Assembly (NCBI GenBank): GCA_963708135.1
Contig: OY970192.1
Location: 288,001 to 352,000, forward strand
DNA length: 64,000 nucleotides
Origin: an uncultured Gemmatimonadales bacterium
GTDB taxonomy: Bacteria; Gemmatimonadota; Gemmatimonadetes; Longimicrobiales; RSA9
Direction of reading: 5' to 3'
Positions within the stretch are counted from its first letter, which is position 1. Every line of letters starts with the position of its first letter. Below are positions 19,398 to 29,774 of the stretch, one piece after another. Position numbers and translations under genes: made by a program. Under the pieces are notes generated by a model, which searched no databases, was not told the DNA's origin, and worked only from the letters and a program-made list of their open reading frames with translations.

Positions 19398-21173
19398 CTA
19401 CCACGCCAGCCCGTAGGCCTCGCGCCGCGGGTCCGCGCCCGTCTGCAGGACGCCGTCCGGCAGCAGACGGATCATCTGCGCGCCGCCGAAATCGTGGGAG
19501 CGCGCGTCGCGCACGATGACCCGGTTGCCCAATGAGCGCAGCCGATCCGCCGTGGCGCCGGGGAACCCGGGCTCGAGCTGGAGCGTGCCGTCGGCAAAAC
19601 TGCGCCAGCGCGGCGCCTCGACCGCCTGCTGCGGCGTCAGCCCCCACAGCGCAACGTCGTCGAAGACCTGCAGGATTGTCTGCGTCTGGCCATCGCCGCC
19701 GGGCGTCCCGATCACCATGGCCAGCGAGCCGTTCGGGTTGAGTACCATCGTCGGAGAGAGCGTATGGTAGGTGCGCTTCCCGGGCGCGATCACGTTGGCA
19801 GACGTCGGATCCAGCTTGAACAGCGCACCCCGGTCCTGCAGGATAAACCCGGTGCCCGGGACCATGCGGCCGCTGCCGAAGAGCGCGAAGTTGCTCTCGA
19901 TCAGGCTGACCGCGTTGCCGTGGCTGTCCACCACGCAGAGGTAGACCGTGTCACCGCCGCGCGGGTCGTTCTTGCCCGTTCCCTGCGCCTCGGGCGTCCG
20001 GCCGGATGTGCCGGCGCCACTCGCGCCCGCCGGGGGGGAGGCGTCGTCGGTCGCCTCCGCCGGGCGCAGTCCCTTCGCCCGCTCGCGGGCATATGCCTTC
20101 GAGATCAGCCTCTGTACCGGCACGTCCACGACTGCCGGGTCGCTCACGTAGCGGTCGCGGTCCGCGAACGCCAGCTTCTTGATGCGCGCCAGCAGGTCGA
20201 TGGCCGGCGCGCCCCTCCGGTCCATCCCCTTCAGGTCGAACAGCTCCGCCATGTTCATCTGTTCGAGGAGCGCCAGCCCCTGCGTGTTCGGAGGGAAGGC
20301 CAGCACCCGGTAGCCGGCGTACGTTGTGCTGATCGGCTCCGTCCATGTCGACGTATGCCGGGCGAGGTCCGCCGCGCTGATCAGTCCGCCCATCCGGTCC
20401 ATGTACGCCGCGACTTTCCGTGCGATCGGGCCCCGGTAGAAAACCGCCGGCCCGCCAGAGGCAATGGCCTCCATGGTGCGCGCCAGGTCCGGGTTGCGCA
20501 GCCGCGCGCCGACCGCCGGCACCTTGCCTCCCGCCAGGTAGATCGCCGCGATCGACGAATCGCGCTCGATCAGCGCCTTCTGGCTTCGTATATCCTCCGC
20601 CAGCGTGCTCGAGACCGGATACCCGTCCCGCGCGTAGTGGATCGCCGGCGCCAGCGCCTGTGCCAGCGTGATCGTGCCGTAGCGCGCCAGCGCGTCCGAC
20701 CACGCCATCAGCGTCCCCGGCACCGTCACGGAGAGAACCCCCGTGTCCGGCACCACCGTGAGGCCGCGCTCGCGGAAGAACGCGGGCGTCGCCCGGCTCC
20801 CCGCCCGTCCGCTGCCGTTCAGCGCCACCACCTTCCCCGTCTTCCCGTCACGGATCAACAGGAACGCGTCCCCCCCCAGCCCGTTCATGTGCGGCCGCAC
20901 CACGCTGAGTACCGCCGCCGCCGTGATTGCCGCGTCCACCGCGTTCCCGCCCCGCCGCAGCACCGCCGCCCCGGCTTCCGCCGCCAGTGGGTGCCCCGCC
21001 ACGATCGCCGCCGTCGTACCGCCCACCTCCGGCCGGCCCTTGTCGGCCGCCGCCGGTTCCTGCGCCTTGAGCTGCGCCGTGCTCACCAGCGAAAGCGATA
21101 CGGCGAGCACCGAGCGCGCGAGCGCGGTCAGGAGAGGCCCGCGCGGGGGTCGAAGGGTGGAAGCGTGGCGCAT
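19398..21173 (-). CDS. ggt: Gamma-glutamyltransferase
   Basis: GGNAVDAA, PHMNGLGGD, PPNTQG, autocleavage Thr (GDTVYL), GSG..GTGFILQDRG, GTPGG, ADPRREA. Signal peptide. Start codon uncertain. Confidence 0.92.
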   Translation of the reverse strand: MRHASTLRPPRGPLLTALARSVLAVSLSLVSTAQLKAQEPAAADKGRPEVGGTTAAIVAGHPLAAEAGAAVLRRGGNAVDAAITAAAVLSVVRPHMNGLGGDAFLLIRDGKTGKVVALNGSGRAGSRATPAFFRERGLTVVPDTGVLSVTVPGTLMAWSDALARYGTITLAQALAPAIHYARDGYPVSSTLAEDIRSQKALIERDSSIAAIYLAGGKVPAVGARLRNPDLARTMEAIASGGPAVFYRGPIARKVAAYMDRMGGLISAADLARHTSTWTEPISTTYAGYRVLAFPPNTQGLALLEQMNMAELFDLKGMDRRGAPAIDLLARIKKLAFADRDRYVSDPAVVDVPVQRLISKAYARERAKGLRPAEATDDASPPAGASGAGTSGRTPEAQGTGKNDPRGGDTVYLCVVDSHGNAVSLIESNFALFGSGRMVPGTGFILQDRGALFKLDPTSANVIAPGKRTYHTLSPTMVLNPNGSLAMVIGTPGGDGQTQTILQVFDDVALWGLTPQQAVEAPRWRSFADGTLQLEPGFPGATADRLRSLGNRVIVRDARSHDFGGAQMIRLLPDGVLQTGADPRREAYGLAW

Positions 21174-21238
21174 GGGTCCGGCTCCGGCGTTGCGGGGGGA
21201 AGGCATGGCGGGCGCGTCCGGGACGCACGGCCAAGGGA

Positions 21239-21364
21239 TTGTATACAAAACATGGCGCGCTCCGCCGCGGCGAGGCAAGTGGCGTGCTGAAGGGCAGGTG
21301 CGCCGTCAACAATCTTGCTTGGGGCCACCCGTGTGCATAGCTTTGCATACAAACCTGCCGACAA
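21239..21364. promoter_or_regulatory. Divergent promoter region with multiple GntR-like operator boxes
   Basis: Perfect palindrome TTGTATACAA (21239); related boxes CCGTCAACAA (21303), TTGCATACAA (21343) and CTGCCGACAA (21355). Plus-strand promoter TTGCTT(21315)-17nt-TAGCTT(21338). Minus-strand TTGCCT-18nt-CATGTT toward ggt. Confidence 0.7.
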
Positions 21365-21558
21365 TGTGAGGGTGCGAGCCGGAGAGCGACACGACGCGCT
21401 CCTCGCGGATTCGCGAAGCGGGTGCCCCGCCTCTGGGCGCCCCATAGCAGCCGCCGATTCAGATGTCGATTTGCGCGTTCCGCGTCGCCGCGGGGCGCGG
21501 GAACGCCCGTTGGTCATGGGCGGTCGGCGTACTCCTCCCCCTTGCCTGGAGGCGTGCC

Positions 21559-24555
21559 ATGGATCCAACCCCGAAGCGAATCACTCACTGCAGCGGGCCG
21601 ATGCGTCGTGCGGCGGCGCTCGCCGCCACACTGGCGTGTCTTGCGCTGGTCCTTGCCATGCCGCGCGCCCTGGTGGCGCAGGGGGGCGCGGTCGGGGGGA
21701 AGGTCGTGGATGCGCAGTCGCTTCAGCCGCTGACGGGCGCGCAGGTGGTGGTGGCGGGGACGAATCTCGGTGGGCTGACGGATGCGCGCGGCCGCTTCAG
21801 GATCACGGGGTTGACGGGCTCACAGGTCGAGCTGCGGGTGGTCATGATCGGCTACAAGACGGCGACGCAGGCGGTGACGGTGGGCACGGAGGACGTACGG
21901 ATCGCGGTGTCGCAGGCGGCAGTGGCGCTGGAGGAGCTGGTGGTGACGGGGACGCCGGGGCAGACGCAGATGCGGGCGGTCGGCAATTCTGTGACAAAGC
22001 TGAACACCGGCGCCGTACTGGAAGCGAAGCCGGTAGGATCGGTGGAGTCACTGCTGAAGGGAGAGGTCCCGGGTCTCACGGTACGGACGGGGCAGGGCAA
22101 CCTGGGGACTGGGGGCGTGATTCGGGTCCGAGGTGTGTCGAGCCTGTCGCTGAGCAATCAGCCGCTCATCTACGTGGACGGCGTACGGGTCAACAACGAC
22201 CCGCGTGCGGGTCCGTCGATTCGAGGGGGGTCGCAGAGCTCGCGGCTGGACGACATCGATCCCGAGGACATCGAGACCATCCAGGTGATCAAGGGGCCGG
22301 CGGCGGCCACGCTCTACGGGACCGAGGCGTCCAATGGGGTCATCCAGATCACGACGAAGCGCGGCGCGCAGGGGCGGCCGACGGTCTCGGCCACAGTGAA
22401 GGGCGGAGGGAACTACTTCCGCAATCCGGCGGGCCGCCTGCCCACGAACTACTGGAAGGACCCGTCAACCGGGCAGCTGGTCTCTGACAACCTGTACGCG
22501 GATGAGTTAGCGGCCGGCCGACATCCATTCACGAACGGTCCGATCCGCTCGGCCGACGTTCAGGTCCGGGGAGGCTCGGACAATGTTCACTACTTCACGG
22601 CGGTGGGGCTGGAGGACTCGCAGGGGATGGTCAACTACAACTGGCTCAAGAAGTACAACCTGCGCGGCAACGTGCAGTTGATCCCGAACGAGAAGTGGGA
22701 CATCAACTTCGATCTCGGCTACCTGAACAGCCAGACCCGGTACGGTCAGGCGGCGAACGGCTGGGATGTCATGGGCCAGTTCATCTGGGGGTCGCCGCGG
22801 ACCGTCGACACGAGGCTGCGGGGCTTCCTGCGGGCGCCGCCGGAGGTGGCGGCCACCATTGACTCCCGCTCGAAGGTGGACCATACCACGGTGAGCGTCC
22901 AGATCAACCACCATCCCACGCACTGGCTGACGAACCGGCTGACCATCGGCACGGACGTGACACAGGCCGCCAACTCGATCCTGTTCCCGCGCAGTCCGGA
23001 GGGTTCCGGGGGCTTCTTCGGCGCGGCCAGCCTCGGGGACAAAACGCTCGATGAGAACCGGGACCAGTTCACGACAGTGGACCTGGCCAGCACAGCGGTG
23101 CTCGATCTGGCGCCTGAAATCAACGCGTCGACCTCGGCGGGGGCGCAGTACTACGTGAAGCAGACGGAGCTCGTGGGGACCCGCGGCCTTCAGTTCCCGG
23201 CCCCGCCCATCACGACCATTGGCGGCGCGGCGCAGACCTTCGCGAACGAGACGTACCTCGAGAACAAGACGGCGGGTGGGTTCGTCCAGGAGCAGCTGTC
23301 CTGGAAGAACCGGCGGTTCCTGACGGGCGCGGTGCGCTTCGACGATAACAGCGCGTTCGGCGCCAACTTCAACTTCGTGACCTACCCCAAGGTGAGCGCC
23401 TCGTGGGTGCTGAACGAGGAACCGTTCTGGCACCTGGGCGTCGTGAATGCGCTGAAGCTTCGCGCCGCTTGGGGCGAGGCGGGCCAGCAGCCGGATGTGT
23501 TCGCGGCGGCGCAGCTTTACCAGCCCGAGACGGGTCCGGGCGACGCGTCGGTGCTCACGCCGCAGACCATCGGCAACCCTGATCTGCGCCCGGAGAAAGG
23601 TGAGGAGCTGGAGCTCGGCTTCGATGCCGGCGTGTTCTCCGATCGGATCGGGCTCCAGTTCACCTACTACAACCAGAACCGCAAGGACGCCATCCTGGCA
23701 GTGCCGATCGCGCCATCGAGTGGCTTCCCGGGGGTGAAGTTTGTCAACCTCGGGCTCGTACGCGATCGTGGCATCGAGATGGGCGCCAAGGCCCGGATTC
23801 TGGACGGTCCAAAGCTGGCCTGGGAGCTCGGCGTCAACTACTCGACCAACCACAGTCTGGTCATCGACCTGGGCGGCACCCCTCCGATCGCCACGGGAAC
23901 GCTGCAGCTGCAGAAGGAAGGCTACCCGGTGGCCGCCTTCTTCATGCGCCGCGTCGTGTCGGCGCAGGTGGACGCCAACGGCAAGGTTACGTCCGCGCTG
24001 TGCCAGTCGGAGAGTGGGCCGCCGGTGCCGTGCGACCAGGCGTCGGCCGTCTACGCCGGGCAGCCGAACCCGACCTGGTCCGGCAGCGTGGAGAACGCGC
24101 TGACCGTGCTGGGCAACGTGCGGCTCGAGGCCAGCGTCAACTTCCAGGGCGGCTTCCAGATGATCGACGGCGACATCGCGGCCTCCCACCTCGCGTTCCG
24201 GAATAGCAGGGCCATCAACACGGGGGAGTATCCGATCCTGCAGGCCTACGACCAGGTGGCCGGCTTCTCCTTCTACGAGTGCGGCCTCTACGACGCGGGC
24301 TGGGCCAAGCTGCGCAACCTCTCCGCGACCTACACCTTCCCCGAGCGGCTGGCCTCCCGCTTCGGCCTCTCCCGCGCCGCCTTCACCCTGGCGGCCCAGA
24401 ACGTGGCCGTCCTGTGGCAGGCGCAGAAGGACATCTTCGGCCGCCGGATCGTCGATCCCGAGGTCCGGCTGACCGCCAGCGAGCAGTCGGGCTACGTCCA
24501 GACCGTCATGCCCCAGATGTCGAGCATCGTGGCATCCCTGCGCGTGACCTTCTGA
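21559..24555 (+). CDS. SusC/RagA-family TonB-dependent outer membrane receptor
   Basis: GGAGG RBS; N-terminal CarboxypepD_reg-like domain; LEELVVTG; PLIYVDGV; DIETIQVIKGPAAATLYGTEASNGVIQITTK; GNPDLRPE; terminal Phe. Confidence 0.95.
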   Translation: MDPTPKRITHCSGPMRRAAALAATLACLALVLAMPRALVAQGGAVGGKVVDAQSLQPLTGAQVVVAGTNLGGLTDARGRFRITGLTGSQVELRVVMIGYKTATQAVTVGTEDVRIAVSQAAVALEELVVTGTPGQTQMRAVGNSVTKLNTGAVLEAKPVGSVESLLKGEVPGLTVRTGQGNLGTGGVIRVRGVSSLSLSNQPLIYVDGVRVNNDPRAGPSIRGGSQSSRLDDIDPEDIETIQVIKGPAAATLYGTEASNGVIQITTKRGAQGRPTVSATVKGGGNYFRNPAGRLPTNYWKDPSTGQLVSDNLYADELAAGRHPFTNGPIRSADVQVRGGSDNVHYFTAVGLEDSQGMVNYNWLKKYNLRGNVQLIPNEKWDINFDLGYLNSQTRYGQAANGWDVMGQFIWGSPRTVDTRLRGFLRAPPEVAATIDSRSKVDHTTVSVQINHHPTHWLTNRLTIGTDVTQAANSILFPRSPEGSGGFFGAASLGDKTLDENRDQFTTVDLASTAVLDLAPEINASTSAGAQYYVKQTELVGTRGLQFPAPPITTIGGAAQTFANETYLENKTAGGFVQEQLSWKNRRFLTGAVRFDDNSAFGANFNFVTYPKVSASWVLNEEPFWHLGVVNALKLRAAWGEAGQQPDVFAAAQLYQPETGPGDASVLTPQTIGNPDLRPEKGEELELGFDAGVFSDRIGLQFTYYNQNRKDAILAVPIAPSSGFPGVKFVNLGLVRDRGIEMGAKARILDGPKLAWELGVNYSTNHSLVIDLGGTPPIATGTLQLQKEGYPVAAFFMRRVVSAQVDANGKVTSALCQSESGPPVPCDQASAVYAGQPNPTWSGSVENALTVLGNVRLEASVNFQGGFQMIDGDIAASHLAFRNSRAINTGEYPILQAYDQVAGFSFYECGLYDAGWAKLRNLSATYTFPERLASRFGLSRAAFTLAAQNVAVLWQAQKDIFGRRIVDPEVRLTASEQSGYVQTVMPQMSSIVASLRVTF

Positions 24556-24585
24556 CCGCAACTCCGACGACAAGGAGAATCAATC

Positions 24586-25869
24586 ATGTTCGGTCATCTC
24601 CAACAGAAGCCGCCCCGCGGCCGGGCCGGATGGCACCGGTGGCCGCTGATGGCGCTGCTTCTGGGGCTGGCCCTGCCAGGGGCCGGCTGCAATCGGTTGC
24701 TGTCCGTGGATCTGCCCGGCGTGGTCAGCTCCACGGCGCTCGACAACCCCCAGCTCGCCCAGACGCTCGTCCTCGGCGCAGAAGCCGACTTCGACTGCGC
24801 GCTCACCAACTACGCCGGCGCCACGGCGGCGCTGACCGATGAGCTGGACGGCGCCACCGGTTGGGCCGCCTACACTGCGTGGGACACACGCAAGATCACC
24901 CCGGACAACGGGAACCTGGCCACGGCCGGCTGCACGGGGTTCGGCTTCGGGGTTTACACGCCGATCCAGACCGCGCGCTACCAGGCGGAGCACAACGCCG
25001 AAATCATCTCGGGCTTCAGCGACGCGGACGTGCCCAACAAGACCGACGCCCTCGCCACGCTCGCGGCGTACGAGGGCTACAGCTACATCCTGTTGGGCGA
25101 GGGGTTCTGCGCGGCGGCTGTGGACCTCGGGCCGAAGATGACACCCGCGGAGCTGCTCCAGGCCGCTGTCGACCGCTTCACAAAGGCCGTGGATCTGGCC
25201 GGGCAGGCAGGGGACGACGACATAGCCATCCTGGCCCACGTCGGCCGCGCCCGCGCGCTGCTCGACCTCGGCCGCGCAACCGATGCGGTGGCCGACGCGC
25301 AGGCGGTTCCGGAAGGCTACGTCCACCTCGTGACACGGTCCTCCGTCACGCAGTCCCGCTGGAACGTGGTCGCGGATGTCACACACAGACAGTACTTCTA
25401 TTCGGTCTCTCCCAGCTACCGCGACCTGACCTTCGATGGGGTGCCCGACTCGCGGGTCAGTGTCCACGACGCCGACAGGCTCGGTCACGATGGCGTGACC
25501 GAGGTCTTCCTGGTCAACAAGTTCAGCGACGTCAGCGACCCGATCGTGATGGCCAGCTGGGAGGAAGCGCAGCTGATCCTGGCCGAGGCCGAGGGTGGAA
25601 CCGACGCGGTGGCGGCCATAAACCGGCTGCATGCCGAGTACGGGCTGCCGGACTACCAGGGCGGCACCGAGGAGCAGATCAAGCAGCAGATCATCGAGGA
25701 GCGGCGCAGGCAATTCTTCCTGGATGGGCACCGGCTGGGCGACCTTCTGCGCTACGGGCTGCCGTTCCCGTCGGGCGTAAACGCCAAGGGCCAGCCCTAC
25801 GGCGAGACGACCTGCCTGCCGCTTCCGCAGGTGGAAGCGCAGAACAATCCCTCGATCGGCGGAAGCTGA
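24586..25869 (+). CDS. RagB/SusD-family nutrient-binding lipoprotein
   Basis: Directly follows susC; lipobox GAGC; EAQLILAEA, INRL, IIEERRRQFFLDGHRLGDLLRY, LPLPQVE motifs. Confidence 0.9.
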   Translation: MFGHLQQKPPRGRAGWHRWPLMALLLGLALPGAGCNRLLSVDLPGVVSSTALDNPQLAQTLVLGAEADFDCALTNYAGATAALTDELDGATGWAAYTAWDTRKITPDNGNLATAGCTGFGFGVYTPIQTARYQAEHNAEIISGFSDADVPNKTDALATLAAYEGYSYILLGEGFCAAAVDLGPKMTPAELLQAAVDRFTKAVDLAGQAGDDDIAILAHVGRARALLDLGRATDAVADAQAVPEGYVHLVTRSSVTQSRWNVVADVTHRQYFYSVSPSYRDLTFDGVPDSRVSVHDADRLGHDGVTEVFLVNKFSDVSDPIVMASWEEAQLILAEAEGGTDAVAAINRLHAEYGLPDYQGGTEEQIKQQIIEERRRQFFLDGHRLGDLLRYGLPFPSGVNAKGQPYGETTCLPLPQVEAQNNPSIGGS

Positions 25870-25886
25870 ACGGAAAGGACCGGATC

Positions 25887-27740
25887 ATGACCACACGCCA
25901 AATGCAGCGGCCGCGCCCGCGAGCGGCGAGCCGCACGCGCGGCTGGCTGCGAGGCGCCGTAGTGCCGACCGGGCTGGCCTGCGCACTCCTGCTCCTGCTC
26001 GCCTCGCCTCCCGCGGCCGCACAACAGCCGGAGCCCGCGCTGCTCGCGCACCCGATGAGCGTCCAGTACGACGTGCAGGTCCCCACGCGGGACGGCGTGC
26101 ACCTGTCCGCCGATGTCTACCGGCCGGCGGATGCCGCCCGCCACCCGGCGATCTTCGAGCTCACGCCGTACAACAACAATGCCGGCGATGTCATGGAGCG
26201 GGCGTGGCACTACGTGCGACAGGGCTACGCGTTCGTCCCCGTGGACGTGCGGGGCCGCTACGACTCCGAGGGGAAGTTCGATCCCTGGCGGACGGACGGG
26301 CCGGACGGCTCCGACGTGATCGACTGGATCGCGCGCCAGGGGTGGTCGGACGGGCACGTGGCCACGATGGGCGCGTCCTACCTCGGCATGGACCAGTGGC
26401 TTGTGGCGCGCGAGAACAACCCGCACCACACGGCACTGGTCTCGTACGTGGCGCCCGAGAACGGGTTCCGGGACGTCATGCGCTTCGACGGGGTGCCCAA
26501 GCTGGATCTCATCTTCACGTGGGCGGCAGGCATGTACGGCCACGTCAACCAGTCGGAGGCGGGCTGGAACTGGCACGCGGTCATGCTGGGCCTGCCGCTC
26601 ACCCAGCTCGGCGAGCGCGCGGGGCGGCCGATCCCGTTCTGGGTGGACTGGATGCGGCACGACCGGGAGGACGCCTACTGGGAGCCGGTCAGCATGAGCG
26701 GGCACTACGGCGGCTTCGACAAGCCTTCCTTCAACGTGACCGGCTGGTGGGACGGACAGATCATCGGGACGACATCGCACTTCGTTAACGCAGAGCGCGC
26801 TTCCGGCCACCCGGAGCGCAGCATGCTCGTGATCGGCCCCTGGTTGCACGGGGTCAACCGGACGCGCAAGCTGGGCGAGCGGGACTACGGTCCGCATGCC
26901 ATCATCGACCTGCAAGGGCTCCAGGACCGCTGGCTAGGTCACGTCATGCTCGGTGCGCCGGATCCGGGGCTGGCGCGAGTGATGTACTTTCTGCCGGTGA
27001 AGAACGTCTGGAAGACCGCGGCCGGCTGGCCGGTTCCGGAGACCCGCTTCACCGCCTACTACCTGGCCGGAGGCGGCCACGCCAACACGCTGCTCGGCGA
27101 TGGTGCGCTCTCCACCCGCGAGGGAGCCGGCCGGCCGGACCACTTCACCTACGACCCTGCCAGGCCCGTGCCCACGGTGAGCAGCCGAACCGCCGGCGCC
27201 CGCGGCGGGATCGCGCAAGGCAGCGTCGACAACCGCGCCGTGGAGACGCGGCAGGACGTGCTCGTCTACACCAGCCCGGCGCTCGAGGAGGGGATGGAGG
27301 CGACCGGTCCCGTCGAGGCCACCATCTACTTCACCACGGATGTGCCGGACACCGACATCACCGTGAAGCTGCTCGACGTCTACGCCGACGGCCGGGCGCT
27401 CAATCTGAGCCATGGGATCGCCCGGGCGCGGTACCGGACCTCGTTCGCGCAGCCACGGCTGGTCACGCCCGGAGCGAGGGATTCCGTGCGCGTGCGCATG
27501 TTCCCCTCGAGCAACTACTTCGAGGCGGGCCACCGGATCCGCATCGAGGTTTCGAGCAGCAACTTCCCGCTCTTCGGCCGCAACCTGAACACGGCCGACA
27601 GCCCCGATACCACATCGGCCATGCGCGTCGCCCACACCACGATCCTTCACGACGCCCGCTCCCCCTCCCGCATCGTGCTGCCCGTGATTCCGGCTGGCGC
27701 CACCGCCACGACGGACGTCACGGATGGAGGGCGCCGCTAG
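25887..27740 (+). CDS. CocE/NonD family hydrolase (S15-like), secreted
   Basis: TRDGVHLSADVYRP, TPY, DVRGRYDSEG, GASYLG nucleophile, GWWD, IGPWLH, GHRIRIEVSSSNFP. Confidence 0.92.
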   Translation: MTTRQMQRPRPRAASRTRGWLRGAVVPTGLACALLLLLASPPAAAQQPEPALLAHPMSVQYDVQVPTRDGVHLSADVYRPADAARHPAIFELTPYNNNAGDVMERAWHYVRQGYAFVPVDVRGRYDSEGKFDPWRTDGPDGSDVIDWIARQGWSDGHVATMGASYLGMDQWLVARENNPHHTALVSYVAPENGFRDVMRFDGVPKLDLIFTWAAGMYGHVNQSEAGWNWHAVMLGLPLTQLGERAGRPIPFWVDWMRHDREDAYWEPVSMSGHYGGFDKPSFNVTGWWDGQIIGTTSHFVNAERASGHPERSMLVIGPWLHGVNRTRKLGERDYGPHAIIDLQGLQDRWLGHVMLGAPDPGLARVMYFLPVKNVWKTAAGWPVPETRFTAYYLAGGGHANTLLGDGALSTREGAGRPDHFTYDPARPVPTVSSRTAGARGGIAQGSVDNRAVETRQDVLVYTSPALEEGMEATGPVEATIYFTTDVPDTDITVKLLDVYADGRALNLSHGIARARYRTSFAQPRLVTPGARDSVRVRMFPSSNYFEAGHRIRIEVSSSNFPLFGRNLNTADSPDTTSAMRVAHTTILHDARSPSRIVLPVIPAGATATTDVTDGGRR

Positions 27741-28604
27741 ATGGCCACGCCGAGGCCCCGACCGGAAGCGGTGGATCCCGCGCGCGGCCCGGTTCCGCTC
27801 GAGATCCGGCCCCTGGCCGGTTCGGCGGAGCTGCAGGCGTGCGTGGAGCTCCAGCACCTGACCTGGGGCGCTTCGTTCGACGGCTGCGTGCCGGCCAGCC
27901 TGCTCCAGGTGCTGGTCAAGGTCGGTGCCCTCGTGGCCGGCGCCTTCACGCCCGAGGGCATGCTCGCCGGCTTCGTCTTCGGCGTCACCGGCCCGCGCGC
28001 CGGCGCGCTGGTGCACTGGTCGCACATGCTGGCCGTGCGGCCGGAGCTGCGCAACCACGGCATCGGCCAGCGCCTGAAGCATTTCCAGCAGAGGTTCGTG
28101 CGCGAGCTCGGCGTGCGCGAGATGCTCTGGACCTACGACCCTCTCGTCGCCCGCAACGCCCACTTCAACCTCGACCGGCTCGGCGCGCGCGTCATCGACT
28201 TCGTCCCCGACATGTACGGCGACACCGGCAGCGCTCTGCACCGCTCCGGCACGGACCGCTTCATCGTGAGCTGGCTGACCAATGGCCACGCCACCGCCGC
28301 GCCGCCTTCTCCCGCGCCGCCTTCTCCCGCGCCGCTGCCTCCGGAGGCGCTCCGCGCGCCCCTCGTGGAGGACGGCGTGGGCGCGCTTCCGGTCGCACAC
28401 GGTGGGCCCCGGTGGTGCCGCATCGAGATCCCGCCCGACATGGAGCGGCTGCAGAACGCCGAGCCGGCCGCCGCGCGCGCCTGGCGCCTCTCCACCCGCG
28501 CGGCGTTCGAGCGCTGCCTCGCCGCCGGCGTCCTGCCCGTCGGCTTCCACCGCGACGGCGAAGGCCGCTGTTTCTACGTGCTCGCCGGCGGGGGGGTGGG
28601 GTGA
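27741..28604 (+). CDS. GNAT-family acyltransferase (COG3375-like)
   Basis: HWSHMLAVRPELRNHGIGQRLK and WTYDPLVARNAHFNL, TDRF..W motifs. Starts immediately after the cocE stop. Confidence 0.8.
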   Translation: MATPRPRPEAVDPARGPVPLEIRPLAGSAELQACVELQHLTWGASFDGCVPASLLQVLVKVGALVAGAFTPEGMLAGFVFGVTGPRAGALVHWSHMLAVRPELRNHGIGQRLKHFQQRFVRELGVREMLWTYDPLVARNAHFNLDRLGARVIDFVPDMYGDTGSALHRSGTDRFIVSWLTNGHATAAPPSPAPPSPAPLPPEALRAPLVEDGVGALPVAHGGPRWCRIEIPPDMERLQNAEPAAARAWRLSTRAAFERCLAAGVLPVGFHRDGEGRCFYVLAGGGVG

Positions 28605-28955
28605 AGGGGAGGTGTCGACGGCGAGAGTGGGGGAGTGGGGGAGTGGGCGACCCCGGGCCTGCTTCGCGGCGCGATCGGGGGGCCGGGCCTCGCGACCGTC
28701 CCGGCGCCTGTCGCGTCACGTGGTTCCGCGGGCTCGATTGCCCGCCCCGCCCGAGGTCGCCGCAGGGCCGGCGGTACGCCCGTGGGCTGCGGCGACCCTC
28801 GACGCGGCGGCCGGATTGTGCGGGTGCGGTGCCCGCGAACATGGCGAGGCCCGCGCACGCGCGGCGCCCCCGATCGGCGCCCGGGTCCGGCCGTTTCAGC
28901 CGCGCGTTCCGCGACGTAAGTTGCTCCCGAAAGGGCCTACCGAAGGAGCGCTTCC

Positions 28956-29735
28956 ATGCTGGTCATAATCAAGCGTGACTACGAGGAGGCGAGCCGGGAG
29001 GCGGGGCGGCTCGTGGCGAACCGGCTGCGCAAGAAGCCGAACCTGGTCCTGGGGCTGGCCACGGGGGGGACGCCGCTCGGGCTCTACCGCGAGCTGATCC
29101 GGCTGCACCGGGAGGAGGGGATCGACCTCTCGAAGGCGACGACCTTCAACCTGGACGAGTACCTCGGCCTGCCGCCCGACCACCCGCAGAGCTACAGCCG
29201 CTTCATGCGGGAGAACCTGTTCGACCACGTGAACATCCCCGAGCGCTTCATCCACGTGCCGGACGGCATGGCGCTCGACGTGGAGGAGCACTGCCAGTGG
29301 TACGAGGACGAGATCCGCCGCGCCGGCGGCCTCGACCTGCAGGTCCTCGGCATCGGCGCCAACGGCCACCTGGCCTTCAACGAGCCGGGCTCCTCCCTCG
29401 GCTCGCGCACGCGGGTCAAGACGCTGACGAAGAAGACGCGCGAGGACAACGCCCGCTTCTTCGGCAGCCTGGCCGATGTCCCCCGCCACGCCATCACCAT
29501 GGGGATCGGCACCATTATGGAGGCGCACGAGCTGCTGCTGCTCGCCAGCGGCGAGCGCAAGGCCGACGCCATCCGCGCCGCCGTTGAGGGCCCGATCACC
29601 GCCATGGTCCCCGCCTCCATCGTGCAGATGCACCCGCGCGCCTTCCTCGTCGTGGACGAGCCCGCCGCCGCCGGGCTGCAGGGCGAGTATGCCGCGTCGT
29701 TCGAGGAGGCTGTGATCGTGAGGCGGAGCTTGTAG
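28956..29735 (+). CDS. nagB: Glucosamine-6-phosphate deaminase
   Basis: LGLATGGTP, TFNLDEY, LGIGANGHLAFNEPGS, AITMGIGTI, EGPITAMVPAS. Confidence 0.95.
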   Translation: MLVIIKRDYEEASREAGRLVANRLRKKPNLVLGLATGGTPLGLYRELIRLHREEGIDLSKATTFNLDEYLGLPPDHPQSYSRFMRENLFDHVNIPERFIHVPDGMALDVEEHCQWYEDEIRRAGGLDLQVLGIGANGHLAFNEPGSSLGSRTRVKTLTKKTREDNARFFGSLADVPRHAITMGIGTIMEAHELLLLASGERKADAIRAAVEGPITAMVPASIVQMHPRAFLVVDEPAAAGLQGEYAASFEEAVIVRRSL

Positions 29736-29744
29736 AGGAAGTCA

Positions 29745-29774
29745 CCCAAACCAAAACCAAAACCAAAACCAAAA
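29745..29774. repeat. (CCAAAA)4 simple sequence repeat between convergent genes
   Basis: CCCAAA followed by four CCAAAA copies at 29751-29774; strikingly A-rich against the background. Confidence 0.9.

Noticed and set aside
28923..28949. Riboswitch upstream of nagB (CCGAAGGAGC resembles part of the glycine aptamer; GCTCC/GGAGC could sequester the RBS)
   Set aside because: The remaining glycine aptamer elements and glmS ribozyme core are not recognisable; too short to call.
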